From Actinomycetales bacterium (GTDB lineage: Bacteria > Actinomycetota > Actinomycetes > Actinomycetales > CAWJMD01): a stretch of DNA of 64,000 nt. The notes under the pieces were generated by a model. It searched no databases, had not been told where the DNA came from, and saw only the letters and a program-made list of their open reading frames with translations. Below are positions 1 through 12,332 of the stretch, piece by piece. The DNA is taken from contig JBKECN010000055.1 in NCBI GenBank assembly GCA_047974565.1, forward strand, positions 19,839-83,838. Direction: 5' to 3'. Made by a program: the position numbers and the translations under genes. Position 1 is the first letter of the stretch. Every line of letters begins with the position of its first letter.

Positions 1-32
1 ATCGCCGCGGCGCAGAGGCTCGCCAAGGGGCC

Positions 33-2855
33 CTAGGCCTGGCCCAGGCCGGGGTTGTCCGGTGCCGGGGTGAGGAAGACCGCACCCAGCGGCGGCAATG
101 TCATCACCACCGAGGCGGGACGACCATGCGATTCGATCTCCTGGGCGGTGAGTTGGCCCAGGTTGCCCACGCCGGACCCGCCGTACGGCTCGGCGTCGGT
201 GTTCAGCGCCTCGATCCACTCGCCGGCGAAGGGCAGGCCGATCCGGTAGTCGCCATGCGGGCTGCCGGCGAAGTTGATGATCACCGCCACCGGGTTGCGG
301 TCCGCGTCGTAGCGCAGGAAGGCCAGCACGTTGCGCTGGTAGTCGTCCGCGTCCAGCCACTCGAAACCGACCGGCTCGTGGTCCCGCTGCCACAGGGCCG
401 GGGTGTTCTTGTACAGGGTGTTGAGGTCGCGGACGAGGGCCTGGGTGCCATGGTGCGGGAGGAACTCCAGCAGCCACCAGTCCAGGCTCTGGCCCTCGTT
501 CCATTCCGCGGACTGGGCGAACTCCGAGCCCATGAACAACAACTTCTTGCCCGGGTGGCCCCACATGTAGGCCAGGAAGGCCCGCACGTTGGCGTGTTGC
601 TGCCAGTTGTCGCCGGGCATCTTGCGCAGCAGCGAGTTCTTGCCGTGCACGACCTCGTCGTGGCTGATCGGCAGCACATAGTTCTCGCTGAAGGCGTACA
701 CCAGAGAGAAGGTCATCTCCGAGTGGTGGTACTGGCGGTACATGGGGTTCTCGGCCATGTACCGCAGCGAGTCGTTCATCCAGCCCATGTTCCACTTGAA
801 CCCGAAGCCCAGGCCGCCGGTGTCAGTGGGCTTGGTGACCCCCGGCCACGCGGTGGACTCCTCGGCGATCATCATCGAGCCGGGCACCCGCTTGTAGCAG
901 GTCGCGGTGGCCTCCTGCAGGAAGTCGATCGCCTCCAGGTGCTCGCGGCCACCGTACTGGTTGGGCACCCACTCCCCGTCCTTGCGGGAGTAGTCCAGGT
1001 AGAGCATCGAGGCGACCGCGTCCACCCGGAGGCCGTCGACGTGGAACTCCTCGAGCCAGTACAAGGCGTTGGCGACGAGGAAGTTGCGCACCTCGCGTCG
1101 GCCGAAGTCGAAGACGTGGGTGCCCCAGTCGGGGTGATCGCCGCGACGCGGGTCCGCGTACTCGTACAGCGCCTGCCCGTCGAAGCGGGCCAGCGCCCAC
1201 TCGTCCTTGGGGAAGTGTGCCGGGACCCAGTCGACGATGACCCCGATGCCGGCCTGGTGCAGCGCGTCCACCAGGTAGCGGAAGTCGTCCGGGTGGCCGA
1301 ACCGGGAGGTCGGCGCGAAGTAGCCGGTGACCTGATAGCCCCACGACGGGGTGAACGGGTGCTCGGCCACGGGCAGGAACTCGACGTGCGTGAAGCCCAT
1401 GTCCACGACGTAATCGGTGAGTTCGGTGGCCAGTTCGCGGTAGCTCAGCCCCAGCCGCCACGACCCCAGGTGCACCTCGTAGATGGCCATCGGCTTGTGG
1501 TGCTGGTCGGACGAACGAGCCTGCAAGTACTCCTGGTCGCTCCAGTCGTACGAGGATTCGACCACTCGGGAGGCATTGGCCGGCGGCACCTCGGTCCACC
1601 GGGCCATCGGGTCCGACTTGCTGCGCCAGTGCCCGTCCTTGCCGAGGATCTCGTACCGGTAGATCGTCCCGGCCCCCACGCCCGGGGCGAAGATCTCCCA
1701 GACCCCGGACGAGCCGAGGCTGCGCATCTGTGAGGAGTAGCCGTTCCAGAAGTTGGCGTCGCAGATCAGCCGCACCGCTTGGGCGTTGGGAGCCCACACC
1801 GCGAACGAGGTGCCTTCGGTGGCACCCATCGGCCCGGTGTAGGTACGGACGTGAGAGCCCAGGGCATTCCACAGTTCTTCGTGCCGGCCCTCGCCGATGA
1901 GGTGCAGGTCTATCTCGCCGAGGGTGGGCAGGAAGCGGTAGGCGTCGTCCACCACGGATTCGCCGAAGTCCGGGTAGGAGACCTTGATCCGGTAATCGCC
2001 GGCCTGGTCGCTGGGCAGCACGGCGACCCACACGCCGTGCTGCTCGTGGGTCATCTCGTGCTCGGCACCGTCCTGGGTGACCACCCGGACGTAGTCGGCC
2101 CCGGGGCGCATGGTGCGCACGGTCACCCCACCGTCGTGCGGGTGGGCGCCGAGGATGCCGTGTGGGTTGTAGTGCGCGCCCTGACCGAGCAGCGCCCAGT
2201 CCGTCTCTGACACCGGAGCCGGTGCGGCGCGGTGCCCGGCCGGGCCTGCCGGTTCGTCGACGGGAGCCGCCTGAACCGGGGCGTCGGCCGCAGTTCCCGA
2301 CGAATCTCCTTGGGCAAGAGGCAGTTCGGAGCTTCTACCGGCAATGTCAGCGGGCACGGTGACCTTCTTCGCGGGTGCGGATCCGGTGGCCTGGGCGGAC
2401 TCACCGGCGATCGGCTCTGCGGTCTCGGCGGCGGCTGCGGCAGGTTCTGCCTGCTTCGCTGCGGCCTTCTTCGCCGTGGTCTTGCCGGCCGTGGCCTTGC
2501 TGGTCGTCGCCTTCTTGGCGGTGGCCTTCTTCGCCGTCGTCTTGCCGGCCGTGGTCTTGCCGGTCGTCGCCTTCTTGGCGGTGGCCTTCTTCGCTGACGT
2601 GGCCGGGGCCGCCTCGGTGTCTGATCCAACTGCCCCCTCGGCTGCCGCGGCGGTGGCAGGGGCGGCCTTCTTGGCGGTGCTCTTCTTCGCCGTCGTCTTG
2701 CCGGCCGCGGCCTTCTTGGTGGTGGCCTTCTTGGCGGTCGTCTTCTTGGCCGCTGCCTTCGTCGCCTTCTTCGCCGGGGTCGTCTGGGGGGCGGGCTCGG
2801 CGGCGTCGGCCTGCCGGTTCGCGGCCGCAGACGTGTCGTCGGGGGTCTGGGTCAT
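33..2855 (-). CDS. glgB: 1,4-alpha-glucan branching enzyme GlgB carrying a ~200-aa Lys/Ala/Thr-rich N-terminal extension
   Basis: 940-aa ORF. The C-terminal ~730 aa has GH13 branching-enzyme motifs ([51 protein letters not shown]). The N-terminus is AKKAT/TAKK repeats. ATG at 2855 has GAAAGG upstream. Confidence 0.93.
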   Translation of the reverse strand: MTQTPDDTSAAANRQADAAEPAPQTTPAKKATKAAAKKTTAKKATTKKAAAGKTTAKKSTAKKAAPATAAAAEGAVGSDTEAAPATSAKKATAKKATTGKTTAGKTTAKKATAKKATTSKATAGKTTAKKAAAKQAEPAAAAAETAEPIAGESAQATGSAPAKKVTVPADIAGRSSELPLAQGDSSGTAADAPVQAAPVDEPAGPAGHRAAPAPVSETDWALLGQGAHYNPHGILGAHPHDGGVTVRTMRPGADYVRVVTQDGAEHEMTHEQHGVWVAVLPSDQAGDYRIKVSYPDFGESVVDDAYRFLPTLGEIDLHLIGEGRHEELWNALGSHVRTYTGPMGATEGTSFAVWAPNAQAVRLICDANFWNGYSSQMRSLGSSGVWEIFAPGVGAGTIYRYEILGKDGHWRSKSDPMARWTEVPPANASRVVESSYDWSDQEYLQARSSDQHHKPMAIYEVHLGSWRLGLSYRELATELTDYVVDMGFTHVEFLPVAEHPFTPSWGYQVTGYFAPTSRFGHPDDFRYLVDALHQAGIGVIVDWVPAHFPKDEWALARFDGQALYEYADPRRGDHPDWGTHVFDFGRREVRNFLVANALYWLEEFHVDGLRVDAVASMLYLDYSRKDGEWVPNQYGGREHLEAIDFLQEATATCYKRVPGSMMIAEESTAWPGVTKPTDTGGLGFGFKWNMGWMNDSLRYMAENPMYRQYHHSEMTFSLVYAFSENYVLPISHDEVVHGKNSLLRKMPGDNWQQHANVRAFLAYMWGHPGKKLLFMGSEFAQSAEWNEGQSLDWWLLEFLPHHGTQALVRDLNTLYKNTPALWQRDHEPVGFEWLDADDYQRNVLAFLRYDADRNPVAVIINFAGSPHGDYRIGLPFAGEWIEALNTDAEPYGGSGVGNLGQLTAQEIESHGRPASVVMTLPPLGAVFLTPAPDNPGLGQA
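2461..2594. repeat. 60-bp tandem direct repeat (about 2.2 copies, 56/60 identical) inside the 5' part of glgB, encoding the KKAT repeats
   Basis: The sequence lines starting at 2461 and 2521 are near-identical 60-mers. A third partial copy starts at 2581. A related degenerate block lies at about 2650-2790. Confidence 0.9.
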
Positions 2856-3001
2856 GGTGCTCAGCCTTTCACAGGAACGGGCGCTGGGACGCGGTTGGAA
2901 GCAGTGCGCTGAGTGGGTCGGACGGGGTGGTCACCGATGGCGCCGGAGGCGATCTGCGGCGTCGAGCCGGTTGTGCAGGTCAGGGATTGGCCCTGAGCAG
3001 G

Positions 3002-4372
3002 TCAGGAGTGCGTCGTGGCGGTCAGAACGGCGCCGAGCGCCGTCATCGGGATGTCGATCCAGTCCGGCCGGTTGCGGGTCTCATAGACGACCTCGTAGAG
3101 GGCCTTGTCCACCAGCAGGGCATCGAAGAGCGGGTGGCCCGGCGAGGCCGGGGCCGTCGGCAACACCTCGCGGTAGCCGGCCAGGAAAGCCCCGGTCGCG
3201 TCCTGCGCCCAGGCTCGCGCGGCCGCAGCCTGAGCCGGATCCTGCACGGCCACGAAGCCGGCGGCGTAGTCGAAGGACCGCACCATGCCGACCACGTCGC
3301 GGACCGTGACATCCGGGCGGATGCGATCTGCCAACGGGCGCAACGGCTCTCCTTCGAAATCCAGCAGGATCCAGCCGCGGGTGGGTGAGTGCAGCACCTG
3401 CCCGAGGTGGTAATCGCCGTGCACCCGTTGCAGCGAGCCCACATCGTCGGGGGTGAGCCGGGCCAGCCGCCGCACATGCTCGTCCAGCGCCTCGGCGTAG
3501 CGGTCGAGCGCGGCCACCTCACGGCGCGCCCACTCGACCCGGTCGCGCAACTGCGCGACCAGGTCGCCGACGTGTTCGGCCGAGGCCTCGAACTCACCCA
3601 GGCTACTGGCCAGAGCCTGATGGACCCGCGCCGTGGCAACACCCAGATCGGTTGCGGCGGTGGTGAAGTCGCGACCCTGCTGGGCTGCCTCGATCGCCTC
3701 GCGCCAGGCATCCTGGCTGCCCGGAAGGAACTCGGCCGAGACGGCGAGATGCCCCGACGCCGGCTGGCCGGCCTCGTCCCAGGAACCGGAGATCCAGCCG
3801 CTCACCCGGGCCACGGCGCCCACCCCGGCGGCGGACAACGCCGCGGTGACCTCCACATCCGGGTTGGCGCCGGCGGTGACGACTCGGAAGAGCTTGACCA
3901 TCAACGGATCCGGACTCTTGACGATGATCGAGGTGTTGGACTGCTCACCGCTGAGCACCACACTCTCGGCGCTCGGATCGTGGCTGGAGTCCGGGCTGGC
4001 GTGACCGGTGAGCGACATGCTGCCCGGCACGTGCTGCTGGCCGCCGATCACGGTGAGCAGGGCCGCGACGTAGGCGCGATGGTGTGGGCCGTCATAGACG
4101 TTGCCGGCCTCGATCCGGCCCACCAGGCCCGCCCCCTCGGCGCCGACCGGCTCCGACGCGATGACCAGCGGCACCTGCACCAGGGTGCCGGGGCCACCCT
4201 CGCGCGGTTGGACGGCCAGTAGCCGGTGCTGCACCGACAGTCCTTCGGGGGCAGGCAGGTTCACCTGGCCGACCTCGCTGATGGTGACCTCGCGGCCCTT
4301 GAGGGGGAACCAGCGCTGGGCGGGCAGCCATTCCTGCAGCAGGGCGGCCAGGTCGGGCGGCAGCTGCGACAC
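3002..4372 (-). CDS. mak: maltokinase (maltose 1-phosphate-forming; Mak/Pep2), stand-alone form
   Basis: 456-aa ORF with the typical N-terminus (LLQEWLPAQRWF) and a kinase-like core (VHGDYHLGQVLHSPTRGWILLDFEGEP). It sits immediately downstream of glgE with a 3-nt gap. Confidence 0.85.
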   Translation of the reverse strand: MSQLPPDLAALLQEWLPAQRWFPLKGREVTISEVGQVNLPAPEGLSVQHRLLAVQPREGGPGTLVQVPLVIASEPVGAEGAGLVGRIEAGNVYDGPHHRAYVAALLTVIGGQQHVPGSMSLTGHASPDSSHDPSAESVVLSGEQSNTSIIVKSPDPLMVKLFRVVTAGANPDVEVTAALSAAGVGAVARVSGWISGSWDEAGQPASGHLAVSAEFLPGSQDAWREAIEAAQQGRDFTTAATDLGVATARVHQALASSLGEFEASAEHVGDLVAQLRDRVEWARREVAALDRYAEALDEHVRRLARLTPDDVGSLQRVHGDYHLGQVLHSPTRGWILLDFEGEPLRPLADRIRPDVTVRDVVGMVRSFDYAAGFVAVQDPAQAAAARAWAQDATGAFLAGYREVLPTAPASPGHPLFDALLVDKALYEVVYETRNRPDWIDIPMTALGAVLTATTHS

Positions 4373-4375
4373 CGC

Positions 4376-6607
4376 TCAGCCCTTTCGCACGTGCAGGATG
4401 TGGCTCGGTTGAGCCATGTCCAGGCGGACGAAGTTGTGCTCGCCCCAGAACCAGGTCTGCCGGGTGAGCAACTCCTCGACCACGAAAGAGGCGCCTGGCC
4501 GCATCCCCAGGGCCTCCAGGTCGAGGTGCACCATCGTCTCGCGGGCCCAGGTGGCGTCGAGGTTGACGATGGTGAGGATGACGTCGTCCACTCCGGTGGG
4601 GGATTCCGCGGCCGGCACCCGGCGTGAGTAGGCGATCACATAGTCGTCGTCGGTAGCGTGGAAGGTCACCCCCCGCAACCGCTGCAGGGCCGGGTGATCG
4701 CGACGAATCTCGTTGAGCCGCTGGAGAAGTGGCTGCAAACTGTCGCCACGCTCCAAGGCGCCGGCGAAGTCTCGCGGCTTGAACTCGTACTTCTCGTTGT
4801 CGATCTGCTCCTCCGCCCCCGGGCGCGGGGTGGACTCGGCCAGTTCGTAGCCGGTGTAGATCCCCCAGGTGGGCACCATCGTCGCCGCCAGCACTGCGCG
4901 GTAGGCGAAGGCGGTCTTGCCGCCCTGAGTCATCTGCGGGGTGAGGATGTCATGGGTGGTGGGCCAGAAACTGGGCACCATGTAGTCGGCGGTGCCGGAC
5001 TTGTCGCCGGTGATGACATCGCTGGAGGTGCTGAGCTCGGTGAGGTAGTCGGTGAGTTCCTGCTTGGTGGTTCGCCACGCGAAGTACGTGTACGACTGCT
5101 GGAAGCCGACTTTGGCCAGGGTGCGCATCATCGCCGGCTTGGTGAAGGCCTCGGCGAGGAAGATCACCTCGGGGTTGGTGGCGTTCACCTTGGCGATCAG
5201 CCATTCCCAGAACTCGACCGGCTTGGTGTGCGGGTTGTCCACCCGGAAGAGCGTCACCCCGTGCTCGACCCAGGTCATGATGACCCGGTACACCTCGTGG
5301 TAGATGCCCTCGGGGTCGTTGTCGAAGTTCAGCGGGTAGATGTCTTGGTACTTCTTCGGGGGGTTCTCGGCGTAGGCGATGGTGCCGTCGGCCCGGGTGG
5401 TGAACCACTCCGGGTGCTCATGCACCCAGGGATGATCCGGGGAGCACTGCAGGGCGATGTCGAGCGCGACCTCCAGGCCCACCTCGCGGGCCCTGGCCAC
5501 GAAGGCGTCGAAGTCCTCGAAGGTGCCCAGCTCGGGGTGGATAGCGTCGTGCCCGCCGTCCGCCGAGCCGATCGCATAGGGCGAGCCGGGGTCGCCCTCC
5601 TTCACCGTGAGGGTGTTGTTCCGGCCCTTGCGGTTGGTGGTGCCGATCGGGTGCACCGGGGTCAGGTAGGCGACGTCGAAGCCCATCTCGGCGATCGCCG
5701 GCAGCCGCTCGGCGGCGGTGCGCAGGGTGCCCGAGACCCAGCTGCCGTCCGGACGCTGGTAGGCGCCCTCGGACCGGGGGAAGAACTCGTACCAACTGCC
5801 GAACAGGGCGAGCTCGCGCTGAACGCGCAGGCGGTACCGCGGGGACGCAGTGACCAGGCGACGCACCGGATGGCGGGTCATCGCCTGAACCACCGCGTCG
5901 GCGGTGCCGGCGGCCAGTCGTGCGCCCGGCGGGCGGGACTGGTCCCGAAGCCCGGTCACCGCGTTGCGCAGGTGCTCGACGTCCCCGGCCGGGCGCTCGG
6001 CGTCATCGGCGGCCTCGGCCAGCAGGTTGGCCCCCTCCACGAGCATGAGCTCCACATCCACCCCGGCGGCCACCTTGAGAGTGGCGTCGTGCAGCCAGGT
6101 GGCGTACGGGTCGTCCCAGCCCTCGACGACGAAGCTCCACTCGCCGATCTCGTCCGGGATCACCGAGGCGTGCCAGGAGTCAGTCCCGGGGCCACCCGGG
6201 GACATCGTCACCCGAGTGTGAACGCTGCCATCCGGCCGCATCAGCACCGCCGAGGCGTTCACCGCGTCGTGCCCCTCGCGGAAGACCACCGCGGAGATCG
6301 GCACCGCCTCGCCCACGCTGGCCCGGGTCGGGAATCGTCCGCCGTCGACGACCGGCATCACCTGCATGACCGGGATCCGGCCCAGTCGCCGGGTGGCGGT
6401 GGCTGCGGCGGCGTCGTCGAGGTTCTGGCGGCCGACATCGCCGGCGTAGCGGCCCAGCTCTCCGGCGTAGCGGGTCAGCTCGGCAGCGAAGTGCGAGACC
6501 TTCTGGGCGGCGCCGACGAGCTCGCCCTCGGGGCCGTCCTGGACGATCGTGGAAGTGTCTTTGGTCACGGGCGCCACGGTATCGATCCGGGACGGCTGCG
6601 TGCACAC
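4376..6607 (-). CDS. glgE: alpha-1,4-glucan:maltose-1-phosphate maltosyltransferase GlgE
   Basis: 743-aa ORF with GlgE hallmarks (FGSWYEFFPRSEGA, DVAYLTPVHPIG, LFRVDNPHTKP, IFLAEAFTKPAMM). The true start may be internal, for example the GTG at 6568. Confidence 0.92.
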   Translation of the reverse strand: MCTQPSRIDTVAPVTKDTSTIVQDGPEGELVGAAQKVSHFAAELTRYAGELGRYAGDVGRQNLDDAAAATATRRLGRIPVMQVMPVVDGGRFPTRASVGEAVPISAVVFREGHDAVNASAVLMRPDGSVHTRVTMSPGGPGTDSWHASVIPDEIGEWSFVVEGWDDPYATWLHDATLKVAAGVDVELMLVEGANLLAEAADDAERPAGDVEHLRNAVTGLRDQSRPPGARLAAGTADAVVQAMTRHPVRRLVTASPRYRLRVQRELALFGSWYEFFPRSEGAYQRPDGSWVSGTLRTAAERLPAIAEMGFDVAYLTPVHPIGTTNRKGRNNTLTVKEGDPGSPYAIGSADGGHDAIHPELGTFEDFDAFVARAREVGLEVALDIALQCSPDHPWVHEHPEWFTTRADGTIAYAENPPKKYQDIYPLNFDNDPEGIYHEVYRVIMTWVEHGVTLFRVDNPHTKPVEFWEWLIAKVNATNPEVIFLAEAFTKPAMMRTLAKVGFQQSYTYFAWRTTKQELTDYLTELSTSSDVITGDKSGTADYMVPSFWPTTHDILTPQMTQGGKTAFAYRAVLAATMVPTWGIYTGYELAESTPRPGAEEQIDNEKYEFKPRDFAGALERGDSLQPLLQRLNEIRRDHPALQRLRGVTFHATDDDYVIAYSRRVPAAESPTGVDDVILTIVNLDATWARETMVHLDLEALGMRPGASFVVEELLTRQTWFWGEHNFVRLDMAQPSHILHVRKG

Positions 6608-6657
6608 TTCGCGCTTCGGCTCCCGGTATGGGCGGCTGCGCCGTAGGCTGACGCTTC

Positions 6658-9216
6658 GTGAGAGCGATTCGGCGTTTCACAGTTCGCACCGTCCTTCCTG
6701 AACCACTCGAGCCACTGGGGGCACTGGCGCTGAACCTGCGCTGGTCCTGGCATGTGCCCACCCTCGACCTGTTCGCCGGGATCGATCCCCTGCGGTGGCA
6801 GGACCAGCGGTGCGATCCGGTCCGCCTGCTCGGTGGGCTGAGTTCGGAGCGGCTGGCCGAGTTGGCAGCCGACGGTGCCTTCGTCAAGCGGGTGCGCGCC
6901 GCCGCCAAGGATCTGGACGACTACCTGACCCGGCCTCGCTGGTACCAGTCAGCGGTGCCGGACGGCCCCGGCTGCATCGCCTACTTCAGCCCGGAGTTCG
7001 GCATCACCTCGGCCCTGCCGCAGTACTCGGGCGGTCTCGGGATCCTGGCTGGCGACCACCTCAAGAGCGCCTCCGACCTCGGTGTGCCGCTGATCGGAGT
7101 GGGTCTGCTGTACAAGGCGGGCTACTTCAAGCAGGGGCTCAACCTCGAGGGCTGGCAGGTGGAGACCTATCCGGTGGTCGACCCGGACGGGCTGCCGCTG
7201 ACACTGCTGCGCGAGGCCGACGGGACCCCGGCCATGGTGCGGGTGGAGTTGCCCGCCGGGCGCACCCTCGCCGCGCACGTGTGGCGGGCCGACGTCGGGC
7301 GGGTGCCCTTGCTGCTGTTGGACTCCGACGTACCGGAGAACGACGAGGCCGCCCGGGTGGTCACCGACCGGTTGTACGGCGGTGGCGGGGACCATCGGCT
7401 GCAGCAGGAGGTGCTGCTGGGGATCGGCGGCGTTCGGGCGCTGCGCCTGTTCAGCCGGCTCACCGGTGCTGCGGCGCCGGAGGTCTTCCACACCAACGAG
7501 GGCCACGCGGGCTTCCTCGGGCTCGAGCGGATCCGTGAGCTCATGGACGACGCCGGGCTGGACGTCGACGAGGCCGTGCAGGCGACCCGTGCGAACACCG
7601 TCTTCACCACCCACACCCCCGTCCCGGCGGGCATCGACCGGTTCGGGGTGGACGTGGTGGCCACCTTCCTCGGCGCCTCCGGAGTGATCGACCCGGTGCC
7701 GATCGCCCGGGTGCTGGAGTTGGGTTCGGAGTCCTATCCCGGTGGCACGCCCGGAGTATTCAACATGGCCGTGATGGGGTTGCGCCTGGCCCAACGGGCC
7801 GGCGGGGTCTCGCGGCTGCACGGCTCGGTGAGCCGGGCCATGTTCGCCGGGCTGTGGCCGGACTTCGATCAGGCCGAGGTGCCGATCGGGTCGATCACCA
7901 ACGGGGTGCACGCGCCCACCTGGGTCGACCGGACCCTGCTGGCGGCCGGCGGTCAGGAACTCTCGATCGACGACCCGTCGGGTTGGCAACGACTCGCGTC
8001 CGCCCCGGCCGAGCGGCTGTGGCAGGCCCGGCGCCTGATGCGCGAACAGCTCGTCGGGTACGCCCGGGGCCGGGTCCGCAAATCCTGGCTCGACCGCGGT
8101 GCCAGCCCGGCCGAGCTCGGCTGGGTGGACGAGGTCCTCGACCCGGACGTGCTGACCATCGGCTTCGCCCGCCGGGTGCCCACGTACAAACGGCTCACCC
8201 TGATGCTGCGCGATCCGGAGCGGCTCACCGAGCTGCTGCTCGACCCCGAACGCCCCATCCAGCTCGTCATCGCCGGCAAGTCGCACCCGGACGACGACAT
8301 GGGCAAACGCCTGATCCAGCAACTGGTGCACTTCGCCGACGACCCCCGGGTACGACACCGGATCGTCTTCCTGCCCAACTACGACATCGAGATGGCCCAG
8401 GTGCTCTACCCCGGGTGCGATGTGTGGCTGAACAACCCCCTGCGTCCCCTCGAGGCGTGTGGCACCTCCGGGATGAAGGCCGCCCTCAACGGCGGTCTCA
8501 ACCTGTCCATCCTGGACGGATGGTGGCAGGAGTGGTTCGACGGCGAGAACGGATGGGCGATACCCACCGCCGATGGAGTCGACGATCCGGGCCGCCGGGA
8601 CGACCTGGAGTCGGCCGGCCTGTACGACCTCATCGCCCGGCAGGTGGCCCCGGCCTTCTACGACCGGGACGAGGCCGGAGTGCCCGCCCACTGGATGTCG
8701 ATGGTGCAGCACACCCTGGGGGTCCTGGGACCCAAGGTGCTGGCCACCCGGATGGTGCGCGACTACATCGGCCAGTACTACCTGCCCGCGGCACGTGCCG
8801 GCGCGGCGATGGCCGTCGACGACTACGCCGCGGCCCGCTCGTTGGCCGAGTGGGTGGATCGGGTGCGCTCGCAGTGGCGCCAGGTGACGGTGGAGCACGT
8901 GGAGTCCTCCGGCCTGGGAGACTCGCCGCAGGCCGGAGAGGTGCTGCACACCCGGGCCTTCGTCACCCTCGGCGACCTCGAGCCCGAGGACGTCAGCGTC
9001 GAGATCGTCTTCGGCAGTGTCACCGACTCGGACCTGCTCAGCGACTATGACGTCATGCCGCTGGCGCACGTGCGCGGATTCGAGGAGGGCAGGCACGAGT
9101 TCGCCGGCGACCTGGTGTTGGAGGGCACCGGCTCCTTCGGCTACACCGTGCGGATCCTGCCCCGCCACCGCGATCTGGCCAGTTCCGCCGATCTGGGGCT
9201 GGTGGTCAACGCCTGA
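6658..9216 (+). CDS. glgP: alpha-glucan (glycogen/maltodextrin) phosphorylase, GT35 actinobacterial type
   Basis: 852-aa ORF with motifs NLRWSWH, GGLGILAGDHLKSASDLGVP and EACGTSGMKAALNG. It is divergent from glgE. Confidence 0.9.
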   Translation: MRAIRRFTVRTVLPEPLEPLGALALNLRWSWHVPTLDLFAGIDPLRWQDQRCDPVRLLGGLSSERLAELAADGAFVKRVRAAAKDLDDYLTRPRWYQSAVPDGPGCIAYFSPEFGITSALPQYSGGLGILAGDHLKSASDLGVPLIGVGLLYKAGYFKQGLNLEGWQVETYPVVDPDGLPLTLLREADGTPAMVRVELPAGRTLAAHVWRADVGRVPLLLLDSDVPENDEAARVVTDRLYGGGGDHRLQQEVLLGIGGVRALRLFSRLTGAAAPEVFHTNEGHAGFLGLERIRELMDDAGLDVDEAVQATRANTVFTTHTPVPAGIDRFGVDVVATFLGASGVIDPVPIARVLELGSESYPGGTPGVFNMAVMGLRLAQRAGGVSRLHGSVSRAMFAGLWPDFDQAEVPIGSITNGVHAPTWVDRTLLAAGGQELSIDDPSGWQRLASAPAERLWQARRLMREQLVGYARGRVRKSWLDRGASPAELGWVDEVLDPDVLTIGFARRVPTYKRLTLMLRDPERLTELLLDPERPIQLVIAGKSHPDDDMGKRLIQQLVHFADDPRVRHRIVFLPNYDIEMAQVLYPGCDVWLNNPLRPLEACGTSGMKAALNGGLNLSILDGWWQEWFDGENGWAIPTADGVDDPGRRDDLESAGLYDLIARQVAPAFYDRDEAGVPAHWMSMVQHTLGVLGPKVLATRMVRDYIGQYYLPAARAGAAMAVDDYAAARSLAEWVDRVRSQWRQVTVEHVESSGLGDSPQAGEVLHTRAFVTLGDLEPEDVSVEIVFGSVTDSDLLSDYDVMPLAHVRGFEEGRHEFAGDLVLEGTGSFGYTVRILPRHRDLASSADLGLVVNA

Positions 9217-9241
9217 GTGGGCGGCGACTGGAGGGACTCGG

Positions 9242-11596
<2,355 letters not shown>

Positions 11597-11705
11597 GCCC
11601 TGACGTGGTGGTCCGCCGCCCGGTCGGGGGGAGCCGGGCGAACCTGTCGCTGGAACGTCGAAGCCGTGCATGCGGCCAATACTGCCCGGGTTCTACGGTG
11701 GTTCC

Positions 11706-12194
11706 ATGACTAGCCCCACATCCCTGCCCGACTTCTCCGCTCCGACCCCTTCGCGACTGGACCAGGTGATGGCCGTCCTGACCCAGTTGGGCGTGAACCC
11801 CGAGATCGACTCGGAAGGTGACGTGTCAATCCGAGTGAACGACCAGCAGTTGTACGTGCGAGTCAGCGACGACGGCCCCGGGATCGTGCGGGTCTTCGGC
11901 CAATGGCAGATCCTGGACGACATCTCCGCGGACCCGGGAGTGCGCTTCGGTGCCGCCCATCACGTCACCGCGACCCACGCCCTGGTCAAGGTGAACATCT
12001 TCAACGACACCCTCGCGGTCGCGGTGGACAATCTCGCGCCGGAGGGGGCCCGTTTCGACGTCTTGCTGTCGAACTCCATCGACGCGGTGTTGTCCGGCGT
12101 CTCGACCTGGCATCGGCTGATCGTGGAATCCTCTGCGCCAACGACCGGCGACGGGGATGCTCCCGCCGAGGGCTCGCCCGGTTCGGGTCAGTAG
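11706..12194 (+). CDS. YbjN-like (putative sensory-transduction/chaperone-like) hypothetical protein
   Basis: The ORF is 11670-12194, with ATG at 11706 (MTSPTSLPDFS...). High GC3. The pattern LTQLGVNPEIDSEGDVSIRV...LYVRV resembles the YbjN family. The function call is weak. Confidence 0.5.
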   Translation: MTSPTSLPDFSAPTPSRLDQVMAVLTQLGVNPEIDSEGDVSIRVNDQQLYVRVSDDGPGIVRVFGQWQILDDISADPGVRFGAAHHVTATHALVKVNIFNDTLAVAVDNLAPEGARFDVLLSNSIDAVLSGVSTWHRLIVESSAPTTGDGDAPAEGSPGSGQ

Positions 12195-12240
12195 CCCTCG
12201 GCGGATTCGCGCACAAGCCTCGGCGGACTCAAGCCCGAAG

Positions 12241-12264
12241 GACGGGCCGGCGAGCCAGCCCGTC
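12241..12264. terminator. GC hairpin (GACGGGC-N10-GCCCGTC) between convergent genes
   Basis: 7-bp perfect inverted repeat read directly from the sequence. It has no clear U-tract. Confidence 0.4.
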
Positions 12265-12315
12265 CCTCTCACCGGCGGCAGATCTGACGGGTGGTCTGCG
12301 GTCGGCTGGTCGCAC

Positions 12316-12332
12316 GGCCCGCCTCGCGGGCC
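12316..12332 (-). terminator. hairpin GGCCCGC-CTC-GCGGGCC directly after the stop of the substrate-binding protein gene
   Basis: 7-bp perfect stem with a 3-nt loop, abutting the stop codon at 12333-12335. Confidence 0.45.

Noticed and set aside
126-1733. Long antisense or alternate-frame ORFs throughout the track. Examples: 126-1733 (+) opposite glgB, 6949-9570 (-) opposite glgP, 9017-11584 (+) opposite glgX, 29614-31404 (+) opposite the DMGDH-like gene, 42390-43670 (-) opposite gatB, 55582-58044 (-) opposite the Clp ATPase.
   Set aside because: Their translations are Arg/Pro/Gly/His-rich low-complexity strings with no recognisable motifs. Each lies opposite a gene with clear family motifs and strong G/C third-position bias. 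Stop-codon scarcity in very GC-rich DNA produces such ORFs by chance.
2123-3309. ORFs 2123-2629 (-), 2232-2597 (+), 2344-3309 (+) and 2375-3388 (+), with extreme Arg/Pro or Ala/Phe/Val repeats.
   Set aside because: They are simply the other reading frames of the KKAT-encoding tandem repeat in the glgB 5' region. The glgB frame is the only one contiguous with a recognisable enzyme.
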